Below are positions 8,378 through 17,966 of a stretch of DNA of 64,000 nt, one piece after another; within the stretch, counting starts at the first letter, position 1; each line of letters begins with the position of its first letter. The stretch lies in NCBI GenBank assembly GCA_958295715.1, contig OY282371.1:2175697-2239696 (forward strand), given 5' to 3'. Both the position numbers and the translations under genes were made by a program. This DNA is from an uncultured Dehalococcoidia bacterium (GTDB lineage: Bacteria; Chloroflexota; Dehalococcoidia; Lucifugimonadales; GCA-2712585). The notes under the pieces were generated by a model, which did no database searches, was not told where the DNA came from, and saw only the letters and a list, made by a program, of their open reading frames with translations.

Positions 8378-9139
8378 GTGTCCGGTCACTCCAAATGGAA
8401 GACCATCAAGCACCAGAAGGGCGCCGCCGACGCTAAGCGGGGTCTGCTGTTCACCAAGCTGACCCGCGAGATTACCCTGGCCGCGCGCCATGACGCCGGG
8501 GCCGACCCCGACATGAACTACCAGTTGCGCCTGGCCATCGACCGCGCCAAGGCCAACAACATGCCCGTGGACACCATCGAGCGGGCCATCAAGCGCGGCT
8601 CCGGCGAGGGAGACGACCAGGAGCAGCTTGAGGAGATAACCTACGAGGGATACGGGCCGGGCGGCGTCGCCATACTCCTACAGGCCGTGACCTCCAACCG
8701 CAACCGCACCGCCTCCGACGTGCGGGCCACCTTCTCCAAGAGCGGCGCCAGCCTGGGCGAGGCGGGCTGCGTGGCCTGGAACTTCGACCTGAAGGGCCTC
8801 ATCACCCTCGAAATGGAGTCCCAGGCGGCGGAAGACCTGGCCCTCCTGGCCATTGACGCCGGGGCCGAGGACGTGCGGGTGGAGGACTCCTACGTGGAGG
8901 TGTTCACCCTTCCCGACAAGCTGGAAGAGGTCAGACGGGAATTGGAACGGGAGAGCGCGCCCATATCCACCGCCGAGGTGTCTATGGTGCCCAGGGCCAC
9001 CGTTTCCATAGGGTCCAGGGAAGCCGAACAGGTGCTGCGACTTCTGGACCTGTTGGAAGACCTGCCCGACTCCCAGAAGGTGTACACCAACGCGGACTTC
9101 CCCGAGGAGACCTTGGAAAAGTACCGCGGTGAGGAGTAG
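8378..9139 (+). CDS. YebC/PmpR family DNA-binding transcriptional regulator
   Basis: SGHSKWKTIKHQKGAADAKRG is the family N-terminus. The GTG at 8378 is preceded by GAAAGGGGGTGGGAAG. The ORF track starts 6 codons earlier. Confidence 0.9.
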   Translation: MSGHSKWKTIKHQKGAADAKRGLLFTKLTREITLAARHDAGADPDMNYQLRLAIDRAKANNMPVDTIERAIKRGSGEGDDQEQLEEITYEGYGPGGVAILLQAVTSNRNRTASDVRATFSKSGASLGEAGCVAWNFDLKGLITLEMESQAAEDLALLAIDAGAEDVRVEDSYVEVFTLPDKLEEVRRELERESAPISTAEVSMVPRATVSIGSREAEQVLRLLDLLEDLPDSQKVYTNADFPEETLEKYRGEE

Positions 9140-9147
9140 GTGGCCCC

Positions 9148-9651
9148 GTGAAGGTCCTGGGCATTGACCCCGGCACCCTTCACCTTGGCTACGGCCTCAT
9201 CGAGGAGGACGAGGACGGTCTGCGGGCCAGGGACTACGGGACCCTGCACTTCCGCTCGTCGCTGCCCGTGGAGGAGCGGCTTTACCAGATTCACTCCCAC
9301 CTGATGAACATGATAGGCATGTTCAAGCCCGACGAAATAGCCATAGAGGAGCCGTTCATGGGCCAGGGGGCCAGCCGTTTCGTCGGCCCGGCCTTCGCCG
9401 TGGGCCAGGCCCAGGCCGCCGTGCTGATAGCCGCGGTGTCCCAGGGCGCGCCCGTCTTTAGATATCCGCCGGCCCAGGTCAAGTCCTCCGTCGCCGACCA
9501 CGGCAACGCCTCCAAGGAGCAGGTCAGGACCATGGTGGCCCTCACCCTCGCCATGGACGCCGGCCCCCCCGACCACGACACGGCCGACGCCTTGGCCATC
9601 GCCCTGTGCCACCTGCGCCAACGGGAGCTCGCCAATCTTGTGGAGCGATGA
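9148..9651 (+). CDS. ruvC: Crossover junction endodeoxyribonuclease RuvC
   Basis: MKVLGIDPGTLHLGYG... and a C-terminal DTADALAIALCH motif. Confidence 0.92.
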   Translation: MKVLGIDPGTLHLGYGLIEEDEDGLRARDYGTLHFRSSLPVEERLYQIHSHLMNMIGMFKPDEIAIEEPFMGQGASRFVGPAFAVGQAQAAVLIAAVSQGAPVFRYPPAQVKSSVADHGNASKEQVRTMVALTLAMDAGPPDHDTADALAIALCHLRQRELANLVER

Positions 9652-9713
9652 TCCCCGCGCCGCCTCGACGGGTGGGAACAACGCCCCAGCCGCGCCGCCC
9701 GGAATAGCCGAGC

Positions 9714-10301
9714 ATGATAGCCTCCATTAGAGGACGCCTCCGGGCCAGGGGCGCCGACTGGGTGCATCTGGAGGTGGGGGGAGTAACCTTTCATATCGCA
9801 GTGCCGGCCTCACTGGCCCAGGAGTTGGGGGAGGAGGGCCGGGAGGCGACCCTCCACACCCGCCTGATAATCCGGGACGACGAGCCCCAGCTCTACGGCT
9901 TCCCCAGCCAGGAGGCCCTGCGGTTCTTCCACATGCTAACCGGGGTGTCGGGCATAGGCCCCCGCACCGCCCTAAACCTGCTCTCCGCGCGGCCGCCGGA
10001 GGCCCTGGCCGCCGCCATCCTGACCGGCGACCTGGAGACCTTCACCGGCGTTCCCAGCATCGGCAAGAAGAGCGCGGCCCGCATCGTTTTGGAGCTTAAG
10101 GGCAAGTTGGAGAAGGGCGACTTCCAGATATCCCCCGTGGCCTCCCCCTCCGACGCCGACGCCCTGTCGGCCCTAACAGCCCTGGGCTACACCACCGTCG
10201 AGGCGCGGCGCGCCGTCAACGCCGTGGCCGGCGAGTCTCCGGGGCTTGACCTAGAGGAGTTGGTGCGCCGCGCGCTGAACCGCCTGGCCCGCGGAGTCTA
10301 A
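9714..10301 (+). CDS. ruvA: Holliday junction branch migration complex subunit RuvA
   Basis: MIASIRGRL N-terminus, two HhH motifs (GVSGIGPRTA, GVPSIGKKSAARI) and a C-terminal domain III. Confidence 0.92.
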   Translation: MIASIRGRLRARGADWVHLEVGGVTFHIAVPASLAQELGEEGREATLHTRLIIRDDEPQLYGFPSQEALRFFHMLTGVSGIGPRTALNLLSARPPEALAAAILTGDLETFTGVPSIGKKSAARIVLELKGKLEKGDFQISPVASPSDADALSALTALGYTTVEARRAVNAVAGESPGLDLEELVRRALNRLARGV

Positions 10302-10443
10302 CCCCGCCCCATGCCGGCGCCGACACTCAGTCAAGGGCGGCCTGCCTCCCCTCACCCTCGCCGCCGCCCGGCACATGGACGAGTGGGACGGCAGTTGGAA
10401 GCCCCTTGACCCTTCAGCAGGTCCTAAACCGGCGCGTTACCGC

Positions 10444-11205
10444 TTACCCGGTTGTCGTCCGGCCTCCGGCCTCGCCGCTGCGCCTGAAGGCCATGAACCA
10501 CCAGACCAGACCCGCCACGCCCAGCAGCGCAGTCACCGCGATGGACACCATTACAACCGCAATCAGCCTGTACCTCGTGTCGGTCCCATCGGACACCTCT
10601 TGGGCGTATCGCACGTCTATCGTCGTCAGCAGGCTATCTATGGGCCGCATCACGTCCGCCTTCAGGCGGTTGTACTCCGCGTTGTTCAGCAGGTCAATGG
10701 CCCGGGGCAGGTCCGACGCCGCCACCGACCGCATCGCCTCCGCCTCCAGTTCCGCCAGGGCGTTCGAGTTGTCCTGCGCCTCTTGGAACAGGACCATCTC
10801 CGCGCCGGTGTAGCCCGCGTCCACGACCAGACTCCTCAACGAAGCGGCCGGCTCGCCGGGCCTTGGCGGCTGGCCGGTGTCCGCCACCAGGTCCCAATAG
10901 ACGCCCTCGTACCGGAACGGCCTCGGCGCGGTTCCGTTTCGGATGTTCAGAATCTCATCGAAATACGCCTTGTAGCGCTGGTCTCCCGTCGCGGCGTACT
11001 GCCTCGCCATGCGCGTCAGGTCGTCCGAAGACTGGCGCAACTCGTCGGCCAGCATGTAGGCGGCCTGCCCGTCCAACCGCGCGTTATGGATTCGCGCCTC
11101 ATTCTCCGTATACATCATAAACATGACAATGGAGATGACCGAAAGCCCGAATATCGCCGCGAAAAGCCCCATGAGGAAGTTTCGCGCCCTGCCCCTGTTA
11201 TTCAT
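10444..11205 (-). CDS. Membrane protein with a periplasmic CHASE3-like sensor domain and no output domain
   Basis: Start taken at MNNRGRARNFLMGLFAAIFGL (ATG 11205). Two TM helices flank a ~200-aa loop containing RQYAATGDQRYKAYFDEI, which resembles CHASE3. The protein ends 14 aa after TM2. Confidence 0.55.
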   Translation of the reverse strand: MNNRGRARNFLMGLFAAIFGLSVISIVMFMMYTENEARIHNARLDGQAAYMLADELRQSSDDLTRMARQYAATGDQRYKAYFDEILNIRNGTAPRPFRYEGVYWDLVADTGQPPRPGEPAASLRSLVVDAGYTGAEMVLFQEAQDNSNALAELEAEAMRSVAASDLPRAIDLLNNAEYNRLKADVMRPIDSLLTTIDVRYAQEVSDGTDTRYRLIAVVMVSIAVTALLGVAGLVWWFMAFRRSGEAGGRTTTG

Positions 11206-11441
11206 ACCCGATTGCTCCCTTCTTGTAAGAACGCCCGCGTCTGGGCGAACGGCTGGGAACATTGTATCACAGACCCGCCATCCCAAGGCGCCAGGGCTGG
11301 CCGGATGGGGAGCGAGGAAGTTAACTTGGCGTTTCGTCTGGGGTTTAATGCCTGTATCGTTGCAAGCGGTTCGTGAATAAGTGGAGTATTCCCAGTTTCG
11401 CCACCTATGAATCCAAGGAAATCGCAGCCTACCGCTATGAA

Positions 11442-11747
11442 TCAACGCCGCCTTCTATCGCCCTTCTGTTTCTTATACGCGTCACCTCGGTTATTGGCAT
11501 CGTAGAAATGAATCTCCGAATCATCGTCAAGAACCTCATATTTGATTCGATACGAACCTTCATCCCAGCGGTAACTACAATTCCAAACGCCCTTCAGGTG
11601 ATCGATATGAGGTCCGCGCCGAGGATTCAGTTTGACTTGATCTTCAATCTCCAACCACTTGCGGTTAAGCTCAGGATGGTTTCTCAAGAACTTTCTAACA
11701 GAACGATGAATCGCCACCTTGTAATATGGGATGAAGCCGTAGACCAC
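11442..11747 (-). CDS. RelE/StbE-family type II toxin (mRNA interferase)
   Basis: 101 aa with the pattern YKVAIHRSVRKFLR...LKG...YRWDEGSYRIKYEV.D....IHFYDANNRGDAY, typical of RelE/ParE-fold toxins. GTG start. AT-richer than flanking DNA. Confidence 0.7.
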   Translation of the reverse strand: MVYGFIPYYKVAIHRSVRKFLRNHPELNRKWLEIEDQVKLNPRRGPHIDHLKGVWNCSYRWDEGSYRIKYEVLDDDSEIHFYDANNRGDAYKKQKGDRRRR

Positions 11748-11757
11748 AGATAGCTAG

Positions 11758-12159
11758 TCACATTCTTTTGGGAGGTTTTTTGCGCCTGGCTGCGATTTCT
11801 TCGACATTCCCTCCGGCAGCCACAGTCTCTTCTGCTGTCGCTATCCAACTGTTGAGAAGCCTAGCATACTCCAACCGGCGTGTTTCACCCTTAACATGCT
11901 CAATGCCTCCGCTGAGAATCTCAGAAGACAACTCTCGGAGAGCAGAAACGAGTAAAACGGAGCAAAGCTCCTCCACTTCCTCGGAAGAGGGAAACTTGTT
12001 GACCTGATCCCGTAATTCGGCCTCATCGGCCTGAAAATCATAACCCCAGTCATCAAAGACATCCTGAGGATACTCATAAACATGCCCATGACTCCACATA
12101 GAAATATGGCGATGTCTACTCCGCTTATCCGAGTGGGATTCCAATTCAGTAATCATCAT
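11758..12159 (-). CDS. Hypothetical acidic protein in the antitoxin position upstream of RelE
   Basis: 133 aa, ending 10 nt before the relE-like start. No recognisable DNA-binding motif by eye. The antitoxin role is inferred from position only. Confidence 0.4.
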   Translation of the reverse strand: MMITELESHSDKRSRHRHISMWSHGHVYEYPQDVFDDWGYDFQADEAELRDQVNKFPSSEEVEELCSVLLVSALRELSSEILSGGIEHVKGETRRLEYARLLNSWIATAEETVAAGGNVEEIAARRKKPPKRM

Positions 12160-12161
12160 GG

Positions 12162-12860
12162 TTATGTTCCCTTTTCTTGAGTCTCTGCGTCTAGCACAAA
12201 ATCACCGATGATTCTAACGCCTCGCTGAACCGTATAGTCCATAAGCTGTTCGGATATTCTTGCTTCTGATAGGGAAAACCTTAGCGAGACTGCAAGCGAA
12301 CGGTCTGGACCCAGATCCATCGTAACCACAGTGGATCCTGCATCGCCTTCTTTCCTCAAACGAACTCCCGTTATTTCCGCAAATGGCGCATTAGGGCCCT
12401 GGATGGTCATCATAGGAAGACCAATGATTGGCCGCTTCACGTCAGGCGGGAACATCCAAACAATGTGAGAATGAAGCGGTCTGCTCAGAGCGCATTCTTT
12501 GAATTCCGACAGCATTGCTTGGATTTCAGAAAATTGCCGCTCTCCCTTTATACGAGTCGCTGACCTCAATGTGGCGCTTGATGGAAACGTATGAGATTCC
12601 AATGTAAATCTAGCTGAGTCAGGATTTTTCTTGCGGCGTGGTTCCACCTCCAAACTAATATGGTGCCTAACGCCATTAACTTCATACAGTCCAAGTTTAT
12701 CTATGGACCGGCGGGGCCAACCCTTTTGATATCCGCTAAGCACATCAGAAAGCCGTTCGCAACCTGCTTCAGCAAGCGAAATTTCGCCAGCAACCAAAGC
12801 TCCCCTGATGTTCAATTCTCGTAAATTCTTCATTTCCCGGCGCGTAAGGGGATATCTCAC
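12162..12860 (-). CDS. Hypothetical protein (first gene of the AT-rich three-gene cassette)
   Basis: 232 aa. Its stop lies 2 nt before the next start. GC is about 48-50% against about 65% in the flanks. No recognisable family. Confidence 0.45.
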   Translation of the reverse strand: MRYPLTRREMKNLRELNIRGALVAGEISLAEAGCERLSDVLSGYQKGWPRRSIDKLGLYEVNGVRHHISLEVEPRRKKNPDSARFTLESHTFPSSATLRSATRIKGERQFSEIQAMLSEFKECALSRPLHSHIVWMFPPDVKRPIIGLPMMTIQGPNAPFAEITGVRLRKEGDAGSTVVTMDLGPDRSLAVSLRFSLSEARISEQLMDYTVQRGVRIIGDFVLDAETQEKGT

Positions 12861-12968
12861 GCATTATACACAAATACTGAATTGCCTTCATTAGAAACTA
12901 GAGGCTTCAATTGCCAACTGGCCTCTCCTTGCGCTATTAGACGCGCGGGGTGGTATTATTGACGGGTT

Positions 12969-14975
12969 ATGGTAAGGACTCAGGAGCGCCGGTTCAGCAT
13001 CACCGCCGACTTCCAGCCCACCGGGGACCAGCCCCAGGCCGTGGGCAAGCTGGTGGAGGGGGCGGAGGGCGGGAACCGGCATCAGACCCTCATGGGCGTC
13101 ACGGGCAGCGGCAAGACCTTCACCATGGCCAACATCGTCCAGGAACTCCAGCGGCCGACCCTGGTCATCGCCCACAACAAGACCCTGGCCGCCCAGCTGG
13201 CCACGGAGTTCAGGGAGTTCTTCCCCCACAACGCCGTCGAGTACTTCGTATCCTACTACGACTACTACCAGCCCGAGGCCTACGTGCCCCAGACGGACAC
13301 CTACATCGAGAAGGACGCCGCCATCAACGAGGAGATAGACAAGCTGCGCCACTCGGCGACCCGCTCCCTGCTGACCCGCCGCGACGTGCTGATAGTGGCC
13401 TCCGTTTCCTGCATCTACGGCCTGGGAGACCCGGAGGAGTACTACTCCTTTGTGGCCCCGGTGAAGGTGGGCGAGACCCGCGCGCGCACCAGCCTGGCGC
13501 GGGACCTGGTGGCCATGCAGTACGAGCGCAACGACGTTAGCCTGGTCCGCGGCAGGTTCCGCATGAAGGGCGACACCCTGGAGATGCTGCCCGCCTACGA
13601 GGAGGTGGCCGTCCGCATCCAGTTCTGGGGCGACGAGATAGAGCGCATCGCCGAGATAGACCCCCTGACCGGCGAGGTCCTGGCCGAGCGGCGGGAGATG
13701 GAGATATACCCCGCCAAGCACTTCGTGACCTCCGAGGAGAAGCTCCGCCTGGCCGTTGAGGACATCCAGGCGGAGTTGGCCCAGTGGCTGGCCCACCTGA
13801 GGAGTCAGGGCAAGATACTGGAGGCGGCCCGCCTGGAGTCCCGCACCAAGTACGACCTGGAGATGATGGCCCAGGTGGGCTACTGCTCCGGCATCGAGAA
13901 CTACTCGCGGCACATAGGCCGGAGGGCCGAGGGCAGCACCCCCTGGACCCTGTTGGACTACTTCCCCCCCGACTACCTGATGTTCATCGACGAGTCCCAC
14001 ATGACCCTGCCCCAGCTCCGCGGGATGTACCACGGCGACATCTCCCGCAAGCAGACCCTGGTGGACTTCGGCTTCCGGCTGCCCTCGGCCCTAGACAATC
14101 GCCCCCTGAACTTTCGCGAGTTCGAAGGCCACGTGAACCAGGTCGTCTTCGTCTCCGCGACCCCGGGGCCCTACGAGATGGAAGTGAGCCAGCGGGTGGT
14201 GGAGCAGATAATCCGTCCCACCGGCCTCCTGGACCCCGTCATCGAAGTCAAGCCCACCCGCGGCCAGATCGACGACCTGCTTGAACAGATTCAGAAGCGC
14301 GTGGGAAGCGGGGAGCGGTGCCTCGTCACCACCCTAACCAAGCGCATGGCCGAGGAGTTGGCCGACTACCTCCAGGAGATGGGCGTCCGCGTCCACTACC
14401 TGCACTCGGAGATTCAGACCTTGGAGCGCAGCGAGATACTGCGGGACCTGCGCCTGGGCGTGTACGACGTGGTGGTGGGCATCAACCTGCTGCGGGAGGG
14501 TCTAGACCTGCCGGAGGTCAGCTTCGTGGCCATCCTTGACGCCGACAAGGAGGGCTACCTGCGCTCGGCTTCCTCCCTAATCCAAACGGTGGGCCGGGCC
14601 GCCCGCCACGTGGAGGGCCGCGTCATTATGTACGCCGACAACGTGACCAACTCCATGCGCACGGCCATTGACGAGACCAACCGCCGCCGCGCCATACAGG
14701 ACGCCCATAACCGGCGCCACGGCATCGCGCCCCAGGGCATTCAGAAGGCCGTGCGGGACATCACCGAACGCGTTAAGGCCGTGGCCGAGGAGCGCGCGCC
14801 CTACGCGACGGAGCGAAAGCTGATGTCGGAGGACGAACTCTTCCGCGTGGTGAAGGACCTGGAGTCCCAGATGAAGCTCTCGGCCAAGAACCTGGAGTTC
14901 GAGAAGGCGGCCATGTTCCGCGACGAGATATACGAGATTAGACGGCTTCTGGCCATGTCTAAGAAGAACGCTTAG
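12969..14975 (+). CDS. uvrB: Excinuclease ABC subunit B
   Basis: 668 aa with [10 protein letters not shown] Walker A, helicase motifs and a C-terminal UVR domain ([11 protein letters not shown]). Confidence 0.97.
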   Translation: MVRTQERRFSITADFQPTGDQPQAVGKLVEGAEGGNRHQTLMGVTGSGKTFTMANIVQELQRPTLVIAHNKTLAAQLATEFREFFPHNAVEYFVSYYDYYQPEAYVPQTDTYIEKDAAINEEIDKLRHSATRSLLTRRDVLIVASVSCIYGLGDPEEYYSFVAPVKVGETRARTSLARDLVAMQYERNDVSLVRGRFRMKGDTLEMLPAYEEVAVRIQFWGDEIERIAEIDPLTGEVLAERREMEIYPAKHFVTSEEKLRLAVEDIQAELAQWLAHLRSQGKILEAARLESRTKYDLEMMAQVGYCSGIENYSRHIGRRAEGSTPWTLLDYFPPDYLMFIDESHMTLPQLRGMYHGDISRKQTLVDFGFRLPSALDNRPLNFREFEGHVNQVVFVSATPGPYEMEVSQRVVEQIIRPTGLLDPVIEVKPTRGQIDDLLEQIQKRVGSGERCLVTTLTKRMAEELADYLQEMGVRVHYLHSEIQTLERSEILRDLRLGVYDVVVGINLLREGLDLPEVSFVAILDADKEGYLRSASSLIQTVGRAARHVEGRVIMYADNVTNSMRTAIDETNRRRAIQDAHNRRHGIAPQGIQKAVRDITERVKAVAEERAPYATERKLMSEDELFRVVKDLESQMKLSAKNLEFEKAAMFRDEIYEIRRLLAMSKKNA

Positions 14976-15051
14976 CATCCATTATGCGCGTCTCGCCCGT
15001 CTCGCCGCCTGTGAAGCCGGGAAAACCCCGCGATAGACGCGCGCGGCGGCT

Positions 15052-15080
15052 TTGACTAAATGGCCGCCAAGCGCTAGCAT
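15052..15080 (+). promoter_or_regulatory. Candidate promoter (TTGACT-17-TAGCAT) upstream of sufT-apbC
   Basis: Hexamers read directly. The downstream SD GGAGGTGG precedes the ATG at 15116. Confidence 0.4.
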
Positions 15081-15115
15081 CCTAAGTAGCAGCATAGAGT
15101 GTCCGGAGGTGGCAG

Positions 15116-15427
15116 ATGGCCGCGGAGACCTTGACCAAAGAGTCGGTTATCGAGGTAATGAAGCAGGTTTACGACCCGGAGATCCCCGTCAACGTGTGGG
15201 ACTTGGGGTTGGTGTACAACGTTTCGGTCAGCGAGGGTGACGTTCACGTGGTTATGACCCTCACCGCCCCGGGGTGCGGCATGGGGCCTATGATTGCTCA
15301 GCAGGCTGAGTGGGCCATCGCCGACCTGGAGGGCGTTGAGGACGTGGAGGTGGAGATGACCTTCGACCCGCCCTGGTCTCCCGACCTGATAACGGAAGAC
15401 GGCAAGAAGCTCTTGGGCATCGACTAG
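15116..15427 (+). CDS. sufT: Fe-S assembly protein, DUF59/SufT (MIP18) family
   Basis: 103 aa with VYDPEIPVNVWDLGLVY...TLTAPGCGMG, the DUF59 hallmark. Confidence 0.85.
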   Translation: MAAETLTKESVIEVMKQVYDPEIPVNVWDLGLVYNVSVSEGDVHVVMTLTAPGCGMGPMIAQQAEWAIADLEGVEDVEVEMTFDPPWSPDLITEDGKKLLGID

Positions 15428-15467
15428 CCATGCCGTCACGGTCTATAGGAAGGACGTCAAGCGGCCC

Positions 15468-16292
15468 ATGACCACTCCCCAGAGAGTCCCCACGCCTCAG
15501 GAGCAGGCCCGGCTGGAGTCCATCAGGAAAACGTGGCAGCAGCGCAGGGCCATCACCCAAAACCTGTCCAAAATCAGGACCAAGGTGGCCGTGTACAGCG
15601 GCAAGGGAGGCGTGGGCAAGACCACCATAGCCGTGAACCTGGCCGCCCTCCTGGCCAAGCAGGGGCGTTCCGTGGGGCTGCTGGACGTGGACATCGACTG
15701 CCCCAACGTCATCAACGTGTTGGGCATCACCGAGCCGCCCACCCGGGTGGATGGCAAGCTGGCGCCGTCGGAGAAGTTCGGCGTCAAGGTGGTCTCCATG
15801 GGGTTCTTCCAGCAGAAGGAGGACGAGGCCATCATCTGGCGCGGCCCCATGGTGCACAACGCCATCAACCAGTTCCTCCAACTCACCCAGTGGGGGGACT
15901 TGGACTACCTGGTGGTGGACCTGCCGCCGGGGACGTCGGACTCCCCTCTAACCGTGATGCAGACCCTCCCCTTGGATGGGTTCGTAATGGTCACCACGCC
16001 CCAAAAGCTGGCCCAACTGGACGCCAAGCGGTCAATCAACATGGTGAGGAAGCTGAACGTCAAGGTGCTGGGCATAGTGGAGAACTACACCGGCGATATC
16101 TTCGGGCGTGGAGCCGGGGAAGCCCTGGCCACTGAGTTGGGCGTCCCCTTCCTGGGGTCCATGGCCCTGCGGTCCGACTACCGGGACGAGACCAAGCCCA
16201 CCGTGCTCACCAGCCCCACCGTCAGGAAGGAGTACGAACGCGTGGTCAAGGGGCTGAAGGCCAGCCTGGCCGAGGCGACCAAGGCCAAGTAG
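15468..16292 (+). CDS. apbC: Mrp/NBP35 (ApbC) family Fe-S cluster carrier ATPase
   Basis: Deviant Walker A SGKGGVGKTT, DLPPGTSD and the typical length. Confidence 0.88.
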   Translation: MTTPQRVPTPQEQARLESIRKTWQQRRAITQNLSKIRTKVAVYSGKGGVGKTTIAVNLAALLAKQGRSVGLLDVDIDCPNVINVLGITEPPTRVDGKLAPSEKFGVKVVSMGFFQQKEDEAIIWRGPMVHNAINQFLQLTQWGDLDYLVVDLPPGTSDSPLTVMQTLPLDGFVMVTTPQKLAQLDAKRSINMVRKLNVKVLGIVENYTGDIFGRGAGEALATELGVPFLGSMALRSDYRDETKPTVLTSPTVRKEYERVVKGLKASLAEATKAK

Positions 16293-16309
16293 GGTTTGAA
16301 ACCCATCTA

Positions 16310-17308
16310 CTAGGCGGAGACCGCCGCGCCCGCGTTAAGCTCGCGCAGAATCTCCTGGGTCTTCGCGTCCAACTGCTCGCCCATGGCCGCGCGCTTCCCC
16401 ACTCTGCCCTCTGCAATTTTCAACGCCGTGACCGCGGGAATGGAAACAACCGAGGCGGCCCCGGCGGCCGTTAAAGCCGCCCCGATGGTCGTATAGACCG
16501 CCGACCTAGCCAGACGGACCCTTCCACGCTTAAATGACTCCTCAACGGTGGAGGTCCCCAACATCACCTTCGCGCCCTCAATGACGCCTATGCAAACCGC
16601 AGAACCGATGGGGATGGCGTCAAGGGCAAACTCCGATATCTGATTCCCGGCGCTGATTGCCACGCTTTCGCTGAGTTCAGCCAACTGTTCGCCAGTCATA
16701 TCTTCCAACTCCTCGTTGGAGATATCGGCGGAGAGCAAAGCGTCCATGCCGGATGCCTCGTCCTGAAGCTCCTGGGGAACCATGACCGGGATATTCGGGT
16801 ACTTTTCCAGGGCGCTCTTCGCATAGCCGAGGGAGTCGGTGGCCTTCAGTTGCACCTGCTCAACCACGTCCCCGGTAGACTTGTTGACAATCTCCAGGTC
16901 CCACCCCGGCTCCACCGGAGATCCCGCCAAGTCCGCCACTTCGCCCGGGCCAAGGGTGATGCCCCCCACGGTTTCACCGGCGTTCAGCTTATCCCTCACC
17001 AGGACCTCGAAGTACTTGCCCTTTGAGCCATTGGCCCAACCCTCCAACTGCTCCTCCGTAGCGCCTCGGAGAGAATCAATCTCCACGTTGGGATACTGAA
17101 GCCGGAAGGCCTCAAGGAACTGAGGGTCGGCCTCGGGCTCGAGGCCAAGGTTCACGACGTTATCAAGGGACACGTCGGCGGCAATGGCGGCCACTTCCAG
17201 GGTCTCCCTTTCGTGGCGGCGGCGATACCGACCCGCCAGTTGAGGCAGCGCGTCCCTGGCCTGGGGCGGGTATGAGTCGGATAGCTCTTTGAGCTTGTCG
17301 TAAGCCAT
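16310..17308 (-). CDS. Hypothetical protein with Mrr-cat-like PD-(D/E)xK nuclease motif and hydrophobic C-terminal region
   Basis: The ATG at 17308 overlaps the upstream stop (ATGA). FEVLVRDKL...GWDLEIV...VQLKAT resembles the restriction-endonuclease (Mrr_cat) core. Two hydrophobic Gly/Ala-rich segments lie near the C-terminus. Confidence 0.4.
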   Translation of the reverse strand: MAYDKLKELSDSYPPQARDALPQLAGRYRRRHERETLEVAAIAADVSLDNVVNLGLEPEADPQFLEAFRLQYPNVEIDSLRGATEEQLEGWANGSKGKYFEVLVRDKLNAGETVGGITLGPGEVADLAGSPVEPGWDLEIVNKSTGDVVEQVQLKATDSLGYAKSALEKYPNIPVMVPQELQDEASGMDALLSADISNEELEDMTGEQLAELSESVAISAGNQISEFALDAIPIGSAVCIGVIEGAKVMLGTSTVEESFKRGRVRLARSAVYTTIGAALTAAGAASVVSIPAVTALKIAEGRVGKRAAMGEQLDAKTQEILRELNAGAAVSA

Positions 17309-17904
17309 CAAAACCACCGCCAACGCCACCAAGGACGGTTCAACCGCTTCTCCAAGGAATCCATCTTATTCAACGTGGCTTGGAGGGCCAGTCGCATCTC
17401 CTTGTCGTCGTTCAACTGCTCTTCAACGGGAGCCATCCTCTTCGACAGGGCTTGGAGCTCCTGTCGCATCTCCATAGCGTCGTTCAGCCGTTCCTCCAAG
17501 GAAGTCGTCCTCTCCAACAGGGCTTGGAGCTCCTGCCGCATCCCCATAGCGTCGTTCAGCCGTTCCTCCAAGGAAGTCGTTCTCTCCAACAGGGCTTGGA
17601 GCTCCTGCCGCATCTCCATCGCGTCGTTCAGCCGTTCCTCCAAGAGAGCCAGCTTCTTCAACTGTTCCTCTTGGCTTTGGTGGACGCCGATAACCGTTGT
17701 AGTCACCGCGTCGGTGAACTCGTTAAACTGTTTCTGGAACTTGGCCCCGGTGACGGTGTCGTAAGTCCCGACGACGCTTTTCCCCCCGGAACCGAGGGCT
17801 CCCCGCAACCTCCCCATCACCCCACGCCTGCCTTCAGCTTCGGGAGCCTCATCCCCCTTGGGGGCCTCATCTACCAAGTCGTTTCCTTCCGGCCTGCTCT
17901 CCAT
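17308..17904 (-). CDS. Coiled-coil protein with 24-aa tandem repeats and a Trp/Arg-rich C-terminus
   Basis: The ATG at 17904 is preceded by AAGGAGGGGGAT. Repeats read LEERLNDAMEMRQELQALLERTTS. The protein ends ...RPWWRWRWF. Confidence 0.5.
   Translation of the reverse strand: MESRPEGNDLVDEAPKGDEAPEAEGRRGVMGRLRGALGSGGKSVVGTYDTVTGAKFQKQFNEFTDAVTTTVIGVHQSQEEQLKKLALLEERLNDAMEMRQELQALLERTTSLEERLNDAMGMRQELQALLERTTSLEERLNDAMEMRQELQALSKRMAPVEEQLNDDKEMRLALQATLNKMDSLEKRLNRPWWRWRWF
17447..17650 (-). repeat. Intragenic 72-nt tandem repeat (about 2.8 near-identical copies, with degenerate copies flanking)
   Basis: Unit starts at 17447, 17519 and 17591. The copies differ at only a few positions. Confidence 0.9.
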
Positions 17905-17966
17905 ATCCCCCTCCTTTATTTCCCACGAACGCCCGTCAACCGACTGCATACGAATTACCAGCCTTA

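Noticed and set aside
16293-16309. The palindrome GGGTTTGAAACCC between the apbC and Mrr-like gene ends considered as a bidirectional terminator.
   Set aside because: - The palindrome has a 1-nt centre, so a stable hairpin would have only about a 4-bp stem.
- That is too weak to call.
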